Below are positions 42,769-52,038 of a DNA stretch of 64,000 nt, piece after piece. Each line of letters opens with the position of its first letter. Position 1 is the stretch's first letter. Source of the DNA: a virus. A model generated the notes under the pieces. The model saw only the letters and a program-made list of their open reading frames with translations, was not told where the DNA came from and did not search any database. The position numbers and the translations under genes were made by a program. Where the stretch lies: the IMG/VR virus record IMGVR_UViG_3300048578_000375. One strand, given 5' to 3'.

Positions 42769-43995
42769 ATGAGCCTCCTGTCATGGGCGCGCCAAAAACT
42801 CAGCCTCAAGGATCCGCGGGGCTGGCTCGGGTTCCTGGGTGATACCTGGGCCGGCAAGCCTGTCACGCCGGCGAACGCACTGCAGATTTCGGCTTGGTGG
42901 CGGTCAGTCATGCTCTACGCGGAGGTGACCGGCACGTTGCCGTTGAAGTTCTACGAGAGGCTCGATAATGACGAGCGTCGGCAGGTCAAGGATCACGCCG
43001 TCGCCGATCTCATTTCGTTCGATCCGAACGTCGATCAGACAACCCAGGAATTCTGGGGCTGTCAGGCCGCGGGGCTCTGCGTCATTGGCAATAGCTATGC
43101 CGAAAAGCGGTTCATTAGACAACGCATGGTCGCGCTGCAGCCGCTGCCGCTCGATACGCAGCCTTATCGAGATTCCAACGGCGATCTGCGTTACCGCTTC
43201 TCGGATCGCGGCAAGAGCGACGATCTTTCGGCCGACAAGGTGTTCCACACCCGCGGCTTCGGGTTTGGTGGCGACGTCGGTCTTTCGCCCCTGACGTTCG
43301 CGCGGCAATCTCTGAGCCTTTCGCTGGCGACGGAAGAGGCGGCCGGTCGCACCTTTGCGCAAGGCATGCGCGCGTCAGGCTTTTTCGTCGGGCCGAAGCT
43401 GGATAAGGTGCAGCGCGACGATTTCAAGAAGGTGTTCATCGATCCGATCATCGGCAACGATGCGTCGGCGCACTACGGCATCCTCGAGAACGGCTTCGAC
43501 TTCAAGACCATCAACATCCCGCCCAAGGATGCGGAGATGCTGCTGTCCCGGCGCTTCAACGTCGAGGAAATCTGCCGGTTCATGGGTGTGCCGCCGATCC
43601 TGGTCGGTCATGCCGGCGAAGGGCAGACGATGTGGGGGACGGGCGTCGAAAGCATCCTGCTCGCATGGCTCACGCTGCGGCTCGATGCGTTCCTGTCCAA
43701 CATCGAAAAGTCGATCAACAAGCGCCTGCTCAAGCCCGGCGAGCGCAAGAAGTTCTTCGCTGAGTTCGACCGCAATGCCTTGCTCCGCGCCGACAGCGGC
43801 GCGCGTGCGGATTTCATCTCGAAGATGATCCAGAACGCGCAGATGACGCCGAACGAAGGCAGGCGGAAGGACAACAGGCTGCCGCTGCCGGGCGGCGACG
43901 TTCTGCTCGTCAATTCCACGCTCGTCCCGCTCACGATGGCGGGGCAGAAAGCCTCAAAGATCCAGCCGGCTCCCGGCGAGCCGATACCGGAGTGA
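42769..43995 (+). CDS. Portal protein (HK97 family)
   Basis: 'PN..QT..EFW', 'GNSYA', 'GLSPL', 'EICR..GVPP...G', 'T.NE.R...N..P..GGD'. Confidence 0.95.
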   Translation: MSLLSWARQKLSLKDPRGWLGFLGDTWAGKPVTPANALQISAWWRSVMLYAEVTGTLPLKFYERLDNDERRQVKDHAVADLISFDPNVDQTTQEFWGCQAAGLCVIGNSYAEKRFIRQRMVALQPLPLDTQPYRDSNGDLRYRFSDRGKSDDLSADKVFHTRGFGFGGDVGLSPLTFARQSLSLSLATEEAAGRTFAQGMRASGFFVGPKLDKVQRDDFKKVFIDPIIGNDASAHYGILENGFDFKTINIPPKDAEMLLSRRFNVEEICRFMGVPPILVGHAGEGQTMWGTGVESILLAWLTLRLDAFLSNIEKSINKRLLKPGERKKFFAEFDRNALLRADSGARADFISKMIQNAQMTPNEGRRKDNRLPLPGGDVLLVNSTLVPLTMAGQKASKIQPAPGEPIPE

Positions 43996-44000
43996 GATGC

Positions 44001-45119
44001 ATGAAATATCTGCACATCCTGCTCGCCTGCGCCAACGAGCCGTGGCTTCTGCAGCGGGAGAAGCTCGCCGCCGTGACACAATTCCTGCTTTTCAAAGCCA
44101 AAGGCGGAAGCTTTTCGGCGCAGGAACTGGCCGCGCGCCTCGATGGACGCCGCGAACGGGCGGTGGCGCGCCGGGCCGGTGCGGTCGCAGTGATTCCGGT
44201 CCATGGCGTGATCTCGCAGCGCATGAATCTGATGGATGAAATCAGCGGCGGCACCTCTGTCGAGCAGCTCACGTCGCAGTTCCGCGAGCTCGTGGCCGAT
44301 AATGATGTCAAGGCCATCGTGATGGAGTTCGATACCCCGGGCGGCGCCGCATCCGGCGTGCCCGAACTCGCTTCCGAGATCCTGGCTTCGCGGGGCGGGA
44401 AGCCGATCATTGCGCAAATCAACAGCCTTGCCTGTTCCGCGGGATATTGGCTGGCATCGGCGGCCGATGAAATTGTGGTGTCGCCGAGCGCATCGGCCGG
44501 GGCGATCGGGGTCTACACGATCCACGAAGATATCTCCGAGACCCTGAAGAACGAGGGTATCAAGGAGACGCTGATCTATTCCGGAAAATACAAGGTCGAG
44601 GGCAACGAGTTCGAGCCGCTCTCGGACGAAGGCCGCCAGTTTTTCCAGACGCGCGTCGATGAAATCCACAGCGAGTTCATTGACGCGGTCGCTGCCGGCC
44701 GCGGTGTTTCGGCTGACGTAGTCAGCGAGGAATACGGGCAGGGCCGCTATTTCCGGGCCAGGGAGCTGATGCGCCGCGGCATGGTCGATCGCATCGGCAC
44801 GCTCGATGATACGCTGGAGCGCTTCGGCGTTCAGATGCGGCCTCAGGTTCAGCGCGAAAATGCGCGCGCGGACCGGCTCAAGATGAAGCTTTTGGCTGGG
44901 GTCCAGCCGACCACCCGTGAACTGGAGGATGGCCTGAAGGGATTTCTTGGCCTCTCCAATTCGGAAGCGGAGCGTGCCGTCAAGCTCCTCGCCAAGGGTG
45001 AACCTCACGGGGACCGTGAGCCTGGGAAGGTCCCGGAACAGACGGACCACGCCGCGGTCCAGCGGGAACTCGCCGAGATCCGGCGGACGCTCGATCGCTT
45101 CACCATCCCCAAACTCTGA
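44001..45119 (+). CDS. Prohead protease (S49/SppA family)
   Basis: 'DTPGG', 'ACSAGYWLASAAD', 'GAIGV', 'GKYK'. Confidence 0.9.
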   Translation: MKYLHILLACANEPWLLQREKLAAVTQFLLFKAKGGSFSAQELAARLDGRRERAVARRAGAVAVIPVHGVISQRMNLMDEISGGTSVEQLTSQFRELVADNDVKAIVMEFDTPGGAASGVPELASEILASRGGKPIIAQINSLACSAGYWLASAADEIVVSPSASAGAIGVYTIHEDISETLKNEGIKETLIYSGKYKVEGNEFEPLSDEGRQFFQTRVDEIHSEFIDAVAAGRGVSADVVSEEYGQGRYFRARELMRRGMVDRIGTLDDTLERFGVQMRPQVQRENARADRLKMKLLAGVQPTTRELEDGLKGFLGLSNSEAERAVKLLAKGEPHGDREPGKVPEQTDHAAVQRELAEIRRTLDRFTIPKL

Positions 45120-45131
45120 AGGAATTCTTCA

Positions 45132-46451
45132 ATGAAAAAGCTCTACATCGCGCTCGGCGCGGTGGCGGTCGTCGGCGCCATCGCGCTGCTGATCGCATTC
45201 GACGGCGGCTCGCTGCTCCATGCGACCGCCGGCCATTCCGGCTTGTTCACGGCATCGGCGGCGGCTGCCGCCGTGACGGTCGATGATCTGGCCAAGCTGA
45301 ACACCGAGCTCGGCAAGATCAGCGATCAGGTCAAGAACTTCGCCGAGGACATCAAGGCGAAGTACGACGCCGGTCAGACCGTCACGACCGAGCTGAAGGA
45401 AAAGGCCGACAAGGCGCTCTCCGAGCAGGCCGAAATGCGAGGCCGCCTCCAGGAGATCGAACAGATCGTCGCGCGCCGCGCCTCGCCTGACAAACCGGCA
45501 TCCGCCAAGACGCCGGGCGAGTTGTTCATCGAGAACGAAAAGGTCAAGGCCTTCTGCGCCGAGAAGTCGAGCCGCGGACGGGTCCGCGTCGACATGGCGA
45601 CCATCACTTCTGCCAGCAACTCCGCTGGCGCGCTGGTCGAGCCGATGCGTATTCCCGGCATCGTCTCGCTGCCCGAGCGGCGTCTGACCGTGCGCGATCT
45701 GCTCACGCCCGGCCGCACCGGTCAGAACGCTGTGCAGTTCGTCCAGGAGACGGGCTTCACCAATAATGCGCGGGTGCAGTCAGAGGGCACGCTCAAGGGC
45801 GAATCCAATATCGCCTTCGAGCTGGTGACCAAGTCGGTTTCGACCGTGGCCCATTTCCTGGTCGCATCCAAGCAGATTCTCGATGATGCGCCGATGCTGC
45901 AGTCGCACATCGATGGCCGTCTGCGCTACGGGCTGGCCTACAAGGAGGAGGATCAACTCCTCAACGGAGACGGCACTGGCGTCAATCTGCACGGCATCCT
46001 GCCGCAGGCGACGGCCTACTCGCCGGCTTTCTCGCCCGTCGGTGGCACGATGATCGATACCATGCGGCTCGCGATCCTGCAGTCGGAGCTCGCGGAGTTT
46101 CCGGCGACGGGCATCGTGCTCAATCCGATCGATTGGACCCGGATCGAGCTGACCAAGGACGAGGAGGGGCGGTACATCTTCGCCAACCCGCAGAACGTCG
46201 CCGGTCCGATGCTGTGGAGCCGGCCCGTTGTCGCCACCCAGGCGATGGATCCGGACGACTTCCTGACCGGCGCGTTCCGGCTCGGCGCCCAGGTGTTCGA
46301 TCGCGAAGATGCCAACGTCGAGATTTCGACCGAGGACAGCGACAATTTCCGCAAGAATCTCGTGACGATCCGTGCCGAGGAGCGGCTGGTGCTCGCTGTC
46401 TATCGGCCGGAAGCCTTCGTTTACGGCGATTTCGGCAATATCTCGGGCTGA
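45132..46451 (+). CDS. Major capsid protein (HK97 fold)
   Basis: N-terminal coiled-coil delta domain; 'EG.LK.ES', 'ILDDAP.L', 'GDG', 'F..N....RAEERL'. Confidence 0.95.
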   Translation: MKKLYIALGAVAVVGAIALLIAFDGGSLLHATAGHSGLFTASAAAAAVTVDDLAKLNTELGKISDQVKNFAEDIKAKYDAGQTVTTELKEKADKALSEQAEMRGRLQEIEQIVARRASPDKPASAKTPGELFIENEKVKAFCAEKSSRGRVRVDMATITSASNSAGALVEPMRIPGIVSLPERRLTVRDLLTPGRTGQNAVQFVQETGFTNNARVQSEGTLKGESNIAFELVTKSVSTVAHFLVASKQILDDAPMLQSHIDGRLRYGLAYKEEDQLLNGDGTGVNLHGILPQATAYSPAFSPVGGTMIDTMRLAILQSELAEFPATGIVLNPIDWTRIELTKDEEGRYIFANPQNVAGPMLWSRPVVATQAMDPDDFLTGAFRLGAQVFDREDANVEISTEDSDNFRKNLVTIRAEERLVLAVYRPEAFVYGDFGNISG

Positions 46452-46458
46452 CGATAAC

Positions 46459-46486
46459 GGAGGCTGGGCAAATCTGCCCAGCCTCC
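46459..46486 (+). terminator. Strong hairpin after the capsid gene
   Basis: GGAGGCTGGGCA-aatc-TGCCCAGCCTCC (12-bp stem), weak U tract. Confidence 0.5.
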
Positions 46487-46635
46487 TCCCTTTGGTCCCG
46501 GCAACGACCTCTATGAAAAGCGCAGCAACTGGCTCGATCAGCAGCTATGGCTACAAGGTCTCGAAGCGCGCACCGCCCTCAAATCAGGTCGAAAAAATTA
46601 TCACGCTGTCGGACGGCAGCCTTTGGGAGTGAACG

Positions 46636-47049
46636 ATGATTCCGATGAAGGCGCTTCGTACGTTTCGTGGCGAACATGAAGGTAAGGTGCGGCTCGGCCG
46701 CGAGTTCAGGGCGGCGACGGAGCGTCGTGCTGACGCGCTCGAGCGTGTCGGGCTTGCGATTCGACTGACGCCGCCAGTTCCCATTGCGGAGGTCGATCTG
46801 CCGGAGAACAGGGCGGCCCAACTCGGCCCTTTCGTTTCAGTTGGTGGCCTGATTGGCGGGGACAGTGCTGCGTCATCGTCGCGTCCGGCCCCAGTGCCAG
46901 CGGCACGGACGTCGGCGCCGCAAGAGGCTGGGCGCGGGTCCTCGCCATCAACGAATCCTGGCGCCTCGCGCCCTGGGCGGACGCGCTCTACGGATGCGAC
47001 GGCGCCTGGTGGCGCAAATCCGGCGCCGCGGGACAGTTCAAGGGCTTGA
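46636..47049 (+). CDS. Small post-capsid protein; -1 slippery site C-CCT-TTC at codons 64-66
   Basis: 'MKALRTFRG.EG.V..G.EF......A..LE..GLA'; low-complexity tail after the slippery site. Confidence 0.6.
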   Translation: MIPMKALRTFRGEHEGKVRLGREFRAATERRADALERVGLAIRLTPPVPIAEVDLPENRAAQLGPFVSVGGLIGGDSAASSSRPAPVPAARTSAPQEAGRGSSPSTNPGASRPGRTRSTDATAPGGANPAPRDSSRA

Positions 47050-47447
47050 AGCTCTGCCAGGATGCTGCCGTCTGTGCGGCCATCCAGCCGCTGCACAAAA
47101 TCGAGGTGAAGAGTGGCGCCGACGAATGGCTTCTCGATGAGCCGGGACGGATCGGCGATGGCGGCAACAGCGGGTTTCAGGCGATCAATCTCGCGCTGCA
47201 GTTCGGCGCCAGCAAGATCATCCTGGTCGGTTACGACATGCGGCTCGATCGCGGCGTCCACTGGCATGGCCGCCATGGTTCAGGTCTCAACAACCCGCGC
47301 GACGTGAATGTCATGAGATGGCGCCGCGCGATCGACGCGGCGGCTCCGACCGCGGCTCGCCTCGGCGTCCGCATCATCAATGCGAGCATGGAATCCGCCC
47401 TGTGCGCCTATCCCAAGATGAGCATCGAACAGGCGTTGGCGTGCTGA
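46827..47447 (+). CDS. MptE/DUF115-like (glycosyltransferase-related) domain with no in-frame start of its own
   Basis: 'CVIVASGPS...VLAIN...D.LY.CD..WW...GGNSGFQAINLA...GA.KI.L.GYD'; the frame is open back past 46827 with no start codon seen before the domain. Confidence 0.7.
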   Translation, partial: PFRFSWWPDWRGQCCVIVASGPSASGTDVGAARGWARVLAINESWRLAPWADALYGCDGAWWRKSGAAGQFKGLKLCQDAAVCAAIQPLHKIEVKSGADEWLLDEPGRIGDGGNSGFQAINLALQFGASKIILVGYDMRLDRGVHWHGRHGSGLNNPRDVNVMRWRRAIDAAAPTAARLGVRIINASMESALCAYPKMSIEQALAC

Positions 47448-48004
47448 CGGTGACGCAGGTGCCGGACACCATCCCGGTCGCACTCGATCTCGCCAAAAAG
47501 CATCTTCGCCTCGATAGCGATGACGAGAACGATCAGCTCGAGATCTATCTTCGGGCTGCGATCGATTATGTGCAGAGCGCGACCACGCGCATCCTGGCTC
47601 CAACGGAGTTTGATTATCGCGTCCATCTGCATGGACGAAGGATCGATCTGCCGCGCTCCCCGGTGCGCGAGGTGATCGAGGTTTCGGCGATCGAGGACGG
47701 CGTGGCAACCCCGATGGCCCTGAGCGACTGGCGCCATGTCCCGGCGTCTTCCGGCGGGCGCGTAGAACTATCGTCATTTCATGATGGCACGATCGGTGTG
47801 GTATTCACGGCCGGCTATGACCTGCCCGGGCAAACCGGATCCGGTGATGATCCGGCGTTCCGCCGGCCCGATCTGGCGGTCGCTGTCGTGCTCCTGTTGA
47901 CCGGCCATTGGTTCGAGCATCGCGAAGCGGTATCGGACGTCCAGACCTATCCGCTGCCCTTCGCTGTCGACGCGATTCTCCAGCAATTGCGGATCTATCG
48001 TTGA
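47441..48004 (+). CDS. Head-tail connector (gp6-like)
   Basis: 'V.LDLAKKHLRLD.DDE......I.AA', 'LLL.GHWFEHRE', 'P..V..IL...R'. Confidence 0.88.
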   Translation: MLTVTQVPDTIPVALDLAKKHLRLDSDDENDQLEIYLRAAIDYVQSATTRILAPTEFDYRVHLHGRRIDLPRSPVREVIEVSAIEDGVATPMALSDWRHVPASSGGRVELSSFHDGTIGVVFTAGYDLPGQTGSGDDPAFRRPDLAVAVVLLLTGHWFEHREAVSDVQTYPLPFAVDAILQQLRIYR

Positions 48005-48023
48005 GCATCGCATAGGAGATCGA

Positions 48024-48320
48024 ATGGCTGAGGAACTGGATGCCGCGATCTGGCTGGAGGTGCGGCCCGATCGGGTGCTCGTCATCGATCAGGGGACTGA
48101 CGTGATCCTTTGCGATCGCAATATCGGAAATGATCTGTTGCTGCGTCTCTCGCCGGAAGCTGTGAAGGAATTGCGGGCGCAGCTTGATACCAAGCCTCGG
48201 GGGGGGGCCGACAAGGCGTTGTCACAGAATGTTCGCTCTTGGTTCGAAGCGGAAGGGTGTTTCCAAAATGAGACAAAACCTTTCGCGAACAGCAATAATC
48301 TAGCCTCGAAAATCTACTGA
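48024..48320 (+). CDS. Hypothetical insert in the head-tail module
   Basis: 98 aa, RBS GGAG, lower GC. Confidence 0.55.
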   Translation: MAEELDAAIWLEVRPDRVLVIDQGTDVILCDRNIGNDLLLRLSPEAVKELRAQLDTKPRGGADKALSQNVRSWFEAEGCFQNETKPFANSNNLASKIY

Positions 48321-48397
48321 GAACAAATCGCGGCCCTTCTGGCTGCACCGCTTCAAAAGATTGCCTGCGCAAATTTGCGCAGGCGCGGGATCGACTG

Positions 48398-49354
48398 ATG
48401 CCCCCTCTTCTCATCCGTGGCATGCACGGCCTCGGCGACAATATCAGGCAGCGGGCGATCGTCCGCCAGCTCATGCGCGAGCGTGACGTCTGGATCGAGA
48501 GCTCCTGGGTATCCGTCTATCACGACCTGATCGTGGATGGACTGAAGGTTCTGCACAAGCAGACCCGGCTGCGGACGCAGGCGAAGAATGCGGCGCGCGA
48601 GCGGGCATTGTTCTGCGGCTCGCGCCCGCCGGCCGGCGCCAGGCTGCTCAGGATCGACTATCCGCCGGCGGAGGTGCGTCGTCATGGATCCGTGATGGCG
48701 GCCATGTGCGCGGCGGCCGGAACCGATGCGGCGACGGCTGACTTCCGGCTTCCGGTGCCGCCGCATTGGCGAGCGAAAGCCTCGGCGTGGCTCGATCGCT
48801 GGAATCCGGACCGGCCTTTGATGCTGTACCGTCCGCTGGTGGATCGTCCGGCTGATTGGGGCGGCTGCAATGCGCGCAACCCGGATCATGCCGCCTATGC
48901 TGCGCTGTTCAGGTCGATCCGTGACCGCTTCTTCGTCGTCTCGATCGCCGATCTTATCCCCGGCAAGGAATGGATCGTCGGCGAGCGCATTGAGGCGGAC
49001 GCGAAATGCCACGCCGGCGAGCTCGAATTCGAAACACTCGCCGCGCTCACGGCGATGTCGGCGCTGGTTTATTGCTCGCCGGGTTTCGCCGGCGTGCTGG
49101 CCCAGGCGGTCGGGACGCCGGTCGCAATGATCTTCGGCGGCTATGAGCGGTCGGCGTTCTTCTTCGCGGGCGCGAAAGATGCGCCCGTCCTCGGCATCGA
49201 TCCCGTCAACCCCTGTGAATGTTTCAGCCATCATCATGCTTGCAGAAAAGCGATCGACGTTGCCAGTGCCAGCGTCCGCCTCGATCTATTCGCCGCCGCG
49301 GCGGCCGAGCGTCACGATCACTCCGCCCAACGCGGACTTGTCGGGGCTGCATAG
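48398..49354 (+). CDS. GT-B glycosyltransferase (GT9/heptosyltransferase-like)
   Basis: 'GLGDNI', 'L..L.A...L......G...LAQAVGTP...IFG'. Confidence 0.75.
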   Translation: MPPLLIRGMHGLGDNIRQRAIVRQLMRERDVWIESSWVSVYHDLIVDGLKVLHKQTRLRTQAKNAARERALFCGSRPPAGARLLRIDYPPAEVRRHGSVMAAMCAAAGTDAATADFRLPVPPHWRAKASAWLDRWNPDRPLMLYRPLVDRPADWGGCNARNPDHAAYAALFRSIRDRFFVVSIADLIPGKEWIVGERIEADAKCHAGELEFETLAALTAMSALVYCSPGFAGVLAQAVGTPVAMIFGGYERSAFFFAGAKDAPVLGIDPVNPCECFSHHHACRKAIDVASASVRLDLFAAAAAERHDHSAQRGLVGAA

Positions 49355-49874
49355 CCGCTACGTCAATCCCGGCGAGCTCGACGTCCTGATTCACCTGATC
49401 GCGGGCGTCGGTGCGCGAACGGTGCTCGAGATCGGCGCCAATACCGGCCGCACGGCCAAGGCGATCCTGCGGAACATCCCCGGTATCGAGCGCTATTTCG
49501 CGGTCGACGTGCCCGCGGACTACCGCACGCCAATGACCGTACAGCGCAAGGAAGTGCAGTCAAATCCTGGTGCGCTCGCCATGGATGATCCGCGCTTTCG
49601 CCTCATCATCTGCGGACGCGGCTCGTTCGACCTGATGCCGGGCGACCTGCCCAAGATGGATGCCGTCTTCATCGACGGTGGTCACGAGGCGGCCGCTGTG
49701 CGCCATGACTACGCGCTGGCCCGGGCGCTGCTCAACCCGGGCGGAATCGTGATCTTCCACGACGATCATGGCCGTGACGTGGTCGACGTCAGTGTCGTGC
49801 TGGATGACCTGCATGACGAGGGATCGCAGATCGTGCATGTCACCGGCACCTGGCTGGCTTTCGAGAGGACATGA
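49236..49874 (+). CDS. Class I SAM methyltransferase (Methyltransf_24-like)
   Basis: 'VLEIG...G.T', 'D.VFIDG.H....V..D......L.PGG.V.FHD'; start uncertain. Confidence 0.8.
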   Translation: MLAEKRSTLPVPASASIYSPPRRPSVTITPPNADLSGLHSRYVNPGELDVLIHLIAGVGARTVLEIGANTGRTAKAILRNIPGIERYFAVDVPADYRTPMTVQRKEVQSNPGALAMDDPRFRLIICGRGSFDLMPGDLPKMDAVFIDGGHEAAAVRHDYALARALLNPGGIVIFHDDHGRDVVDVSVVLDDLHDEGSQIVHVTGTWLAFERT

Positions 49875-50053
49875 TGGCGACGGTCGACATCAAGGCACTG
49901 CAGTTGGTCACCGTGAAGGTGACGCTGCCGAGACTATGGAAGCCGCGCCTCTGGCTCTGCGCGAGACTGATGATTTTTGCTGCATGGATTGCGGGCATGG
50001 CCTGCACGGTCGACGTGGTCGGAAAAGACGATGCGAGTGGGCAGTCTCAATAA
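49871..50053 (+). CDS. Small hypothetical protein
   Basis: Coupled, 60 aa. Confidence 0.4.
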   Translation: MMATVDIKALQLVTVKVTLPRLWKPRLWLCARLMIFAAWIAGMACTVDVVGKDDASGQSQ

Positions 50054-50366
50054 GCGTGTCACATTCCAGCGCTTCACGACGACGTCGGATGGGGCTGGAG
50101 GGTCGATACGGACATGGGCCGACTTTGCGACGGTCTGGGGCCAGTTCTCGCCTGAGCGGGCGCGGGAGCGCATCCAGCAGGGCCGCATCGCGTCGGCGCA
50201 GGCCGGCGTGTTGCGGATCAGATCCTCGAACGTCACGCGGCAGATCGATGACACGTTCCGTGTCCTGGTTGACGGCGTGACGATGAATATCCGCTCCGTC
50301 ATCAACCCGGACCAGCGGAACGACATGATCGAGATCGCGATCGAGACCGATGGCGCTGCGGGCTAA
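50031..50366 (+). CDS. Head-closure protein (SPP1 gp16-like)
   Basis: 'MR.G.L..RVTFQ....DG.GG....W......W'. Confidence 0.88.
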   Translation: MRVGSLNKRVTFQRFTTTSDGAGGSIRTWADFATVWGQFSPERARERIQQGRIASAQAGVLRIRSSNVTRQIDDTFRVLVDGVTMNIRSVINPDQRNDMIEIAIETDGAAG

Positions 50367-50862
50367 GGTTACGCGCCAGAGCCGCGACGCCGTGATGAAA
50401 CGGCTGCGCGAGTTGGTCCCGGAGGCGGAAGAAGCGGCGGCTGCGGCTCAGGAGGTCTCAGCGAAGGAGCTCGCCGAGGCGATCAAGGCCCGCGCGCCGC
50501 GAGACAGCAATGAGTACGTCAACTCGATCGAGGCCGTGCGCCTGGCCGGACGCAACGACGATCGCAAGCCGGTCGGCATCGAGCAGACCAAGGATCCGAA
50601 TGCCTGGGGCATTGTTGCGCTCTACATCTGGCGCTTCATCGAGTTCGGCACCAGGCCGCATGCGATCAAGGCGCGGAAGAAGCCTCGGCTTGTCTTCAGG
50701 ATCGGCAACAAGGTGGTCCGGACGGCGCAGGTGGCCCATCCCGGCATGAAGGCGCGGCCGCACATCTTCCCGACCTATCGGGCGATGCGAAAGCGGATAA
50801 GGCGGCGCGTCGCGGCCGCGATCAACAAGGCGATCAAGGCGAGGCGGGCAGGCGATGTCTGA
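50350..50862 (+). CDS. HK97 gp10-like tail completion protein
   Basis: 'RFIEFGT..H', 'HPG..ARP...P'. Confidence 0.8.
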   Translation: MALRAKVTRQSRDAVMKRLRELVPEAEEAAAAAQEVSAKELAEAIKARAPRDSNEYVNSIEAVRLAGRNDDRKPVGIEQTKDPNAWGIVALYIWRFIEFGTRPHAIKARKKPRLVFRIGNKVVRTAQVAHPGMKARPHIFPTYRAMRKRIRRRVAAAINKAIKARRAGDV

Positions 50863-51262
50863 CGGATCGTTCGAACTGCAGGCGGCCATCGTCTCGATCC
50901 TGAATGGGTTGGTGCCCGCGCTCGCCGCCGGTGGGGTGCATGCGCCGGCGCCTCAGGACAATCCATTGCCGTATGTCGAGATCGGCGAAAGCGATGCGGT
51001 CGCCGCCGATGTTCAGACCCGCGCGGGTCAGGCCGAGACTGTTACCATCCATGTCTGGACCGATCCCGGCAGCTTTGCGCCGGCCAAGCAGATCATGTCC
51101 CGGATCCGCGACGCCCTGCATGGAAAGAAGTTGACCGTCTCTGGTCGGTCGGCGGCTCTCGCCAATGTATCGAGTACCAGAGTGTTCGCCGATGACGACG
51201 GCGAGAGCGTTCACGGCGTCGTCACCCTGTCCGTCAACCACTTTGGCCCGAAGGAGGGCTGA
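50855..51262 (+). CDS. Tail terminator (DUF3168-like)
   Basis: 'LQ.AI...L', 'PYV.IG', 'IHVW', 'I.DALH', 'HGV'. Confidence 0.8.
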   Translation: MSDGSFELQAAIVSILNGLVPALAAGGVHAPAPQDNPLPYVEIGESDAVAADVQTRAGQAETVTIHVWTDPGSFAPAKQIMSRIRDALHGKKLTVSGRSAALANVSSTRVFADDDGESVHGVVTLSVNHFGPKEG

Positions 51263-51265
51263 TCC

Positions 51266-51700
51266 ATGAGCCAACAGAATGCCCGCGAGCTCGTCATCAA
51301 GCGCGGCAACGGGATGAGCCCGGAAACCTTCACCTTCGTGTGCGGCATCCGCACACGCACGTTCCAGATGTCGAACGCGCAGATCGACACGACCGTGCCG
51401 AGCTGCGAAAATCCGGCCAATCCCATCGTCGCGACGGCGCGGCCCGGCCGGCAGACCATCACGTTCTCCGGCGACGGCCTGTTCGACAGCGATGTTGTCG
51501 GCAAGGCCGTCGCTGACGACGCCCGGACGCAGGCGATCGATGTCAACTATCAGGTCATCGTGCCCGGCTACGGAACATTCGAAGGTCCATTCTTCGTGTC
51601 TGATTTCCAGTTGAATGGTGACATGGAAGATCCGCTGGCCTTCTCGGCAACCTGGGTGCCGCTGTCCGGTGACGCGCTCGAATTCACGCCGGCCGCCTGA
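51266..51700 (+). CDS. Major tail (tube) protein
   Basis: 'G.R.R......ID.T', 'TFSGDG.F', 'GTFEG.F.V'. Confidence 0.85.
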   Translation: MSQQNARELVIKRGNGMSPETFTFVCGIRTRTFQMSNAQIDTTVPSCENPANPIVATARPGRQTITFSGDGLFDSDVVGKAVADDARTQAIDVNYQVIVPGYGTFEGPFFVSDFQLNGDMEDPLAFSATWVPLSGDALEFTPAA

Positions 51701-52038
51701 TGCCGGTCGCATGCAATGCGGAGCGGGGCGAGGTCCCGCTCACGGTCGGCGGCATCGAGCTCGTGATCGCCGCCGAGATGAGTAGGCTGGCCGCCCTGTC
51801 GAGCCGGCTCGGCTGCCAGTCGTTCATGGAGCTCTACCTGAAGCTCGCCGGCGTCGAGCTGGCCGCAAGCCTGGCGGCGGTCGAACTGCTCGCGGTGAAG
51901 GGCGACGGCGCCAAGGCGGTGGCCGCCATGACGATCGCCGATCTGCCGGCCTGCAAGGACGCCTTCATGGCGGCGCTGCTGCATCATGCGGGCAAGCAGC
52001 GGGGAAACGGGGAAACCGCCAGGGAAGTGACGACATAG
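51700..52038 (+). CDS. Tail assembly chaperone (G); -1 frameshift site G-GGA-AAC at 52002-52008
   Basis: 'N..RGEV.L.VGG'; XXXYYYZ heptamer near the 3' end. Confidence 0.8.
   Translation: MPVACNAERGEVPLTVGGIELVIAAEMSRLAALSSRLGCQSFMELYLKLAGVELAASLAAVELLAVKGDGAKAVAAMTIADLPACKDAFMAALLHHAGKQRGNGETAREVTT

Noticed and set aside
46513-46632. 39-aa ORF after the capsid hairpin
   Set aside because: No clear RBS or motif; not supportable as a gene.
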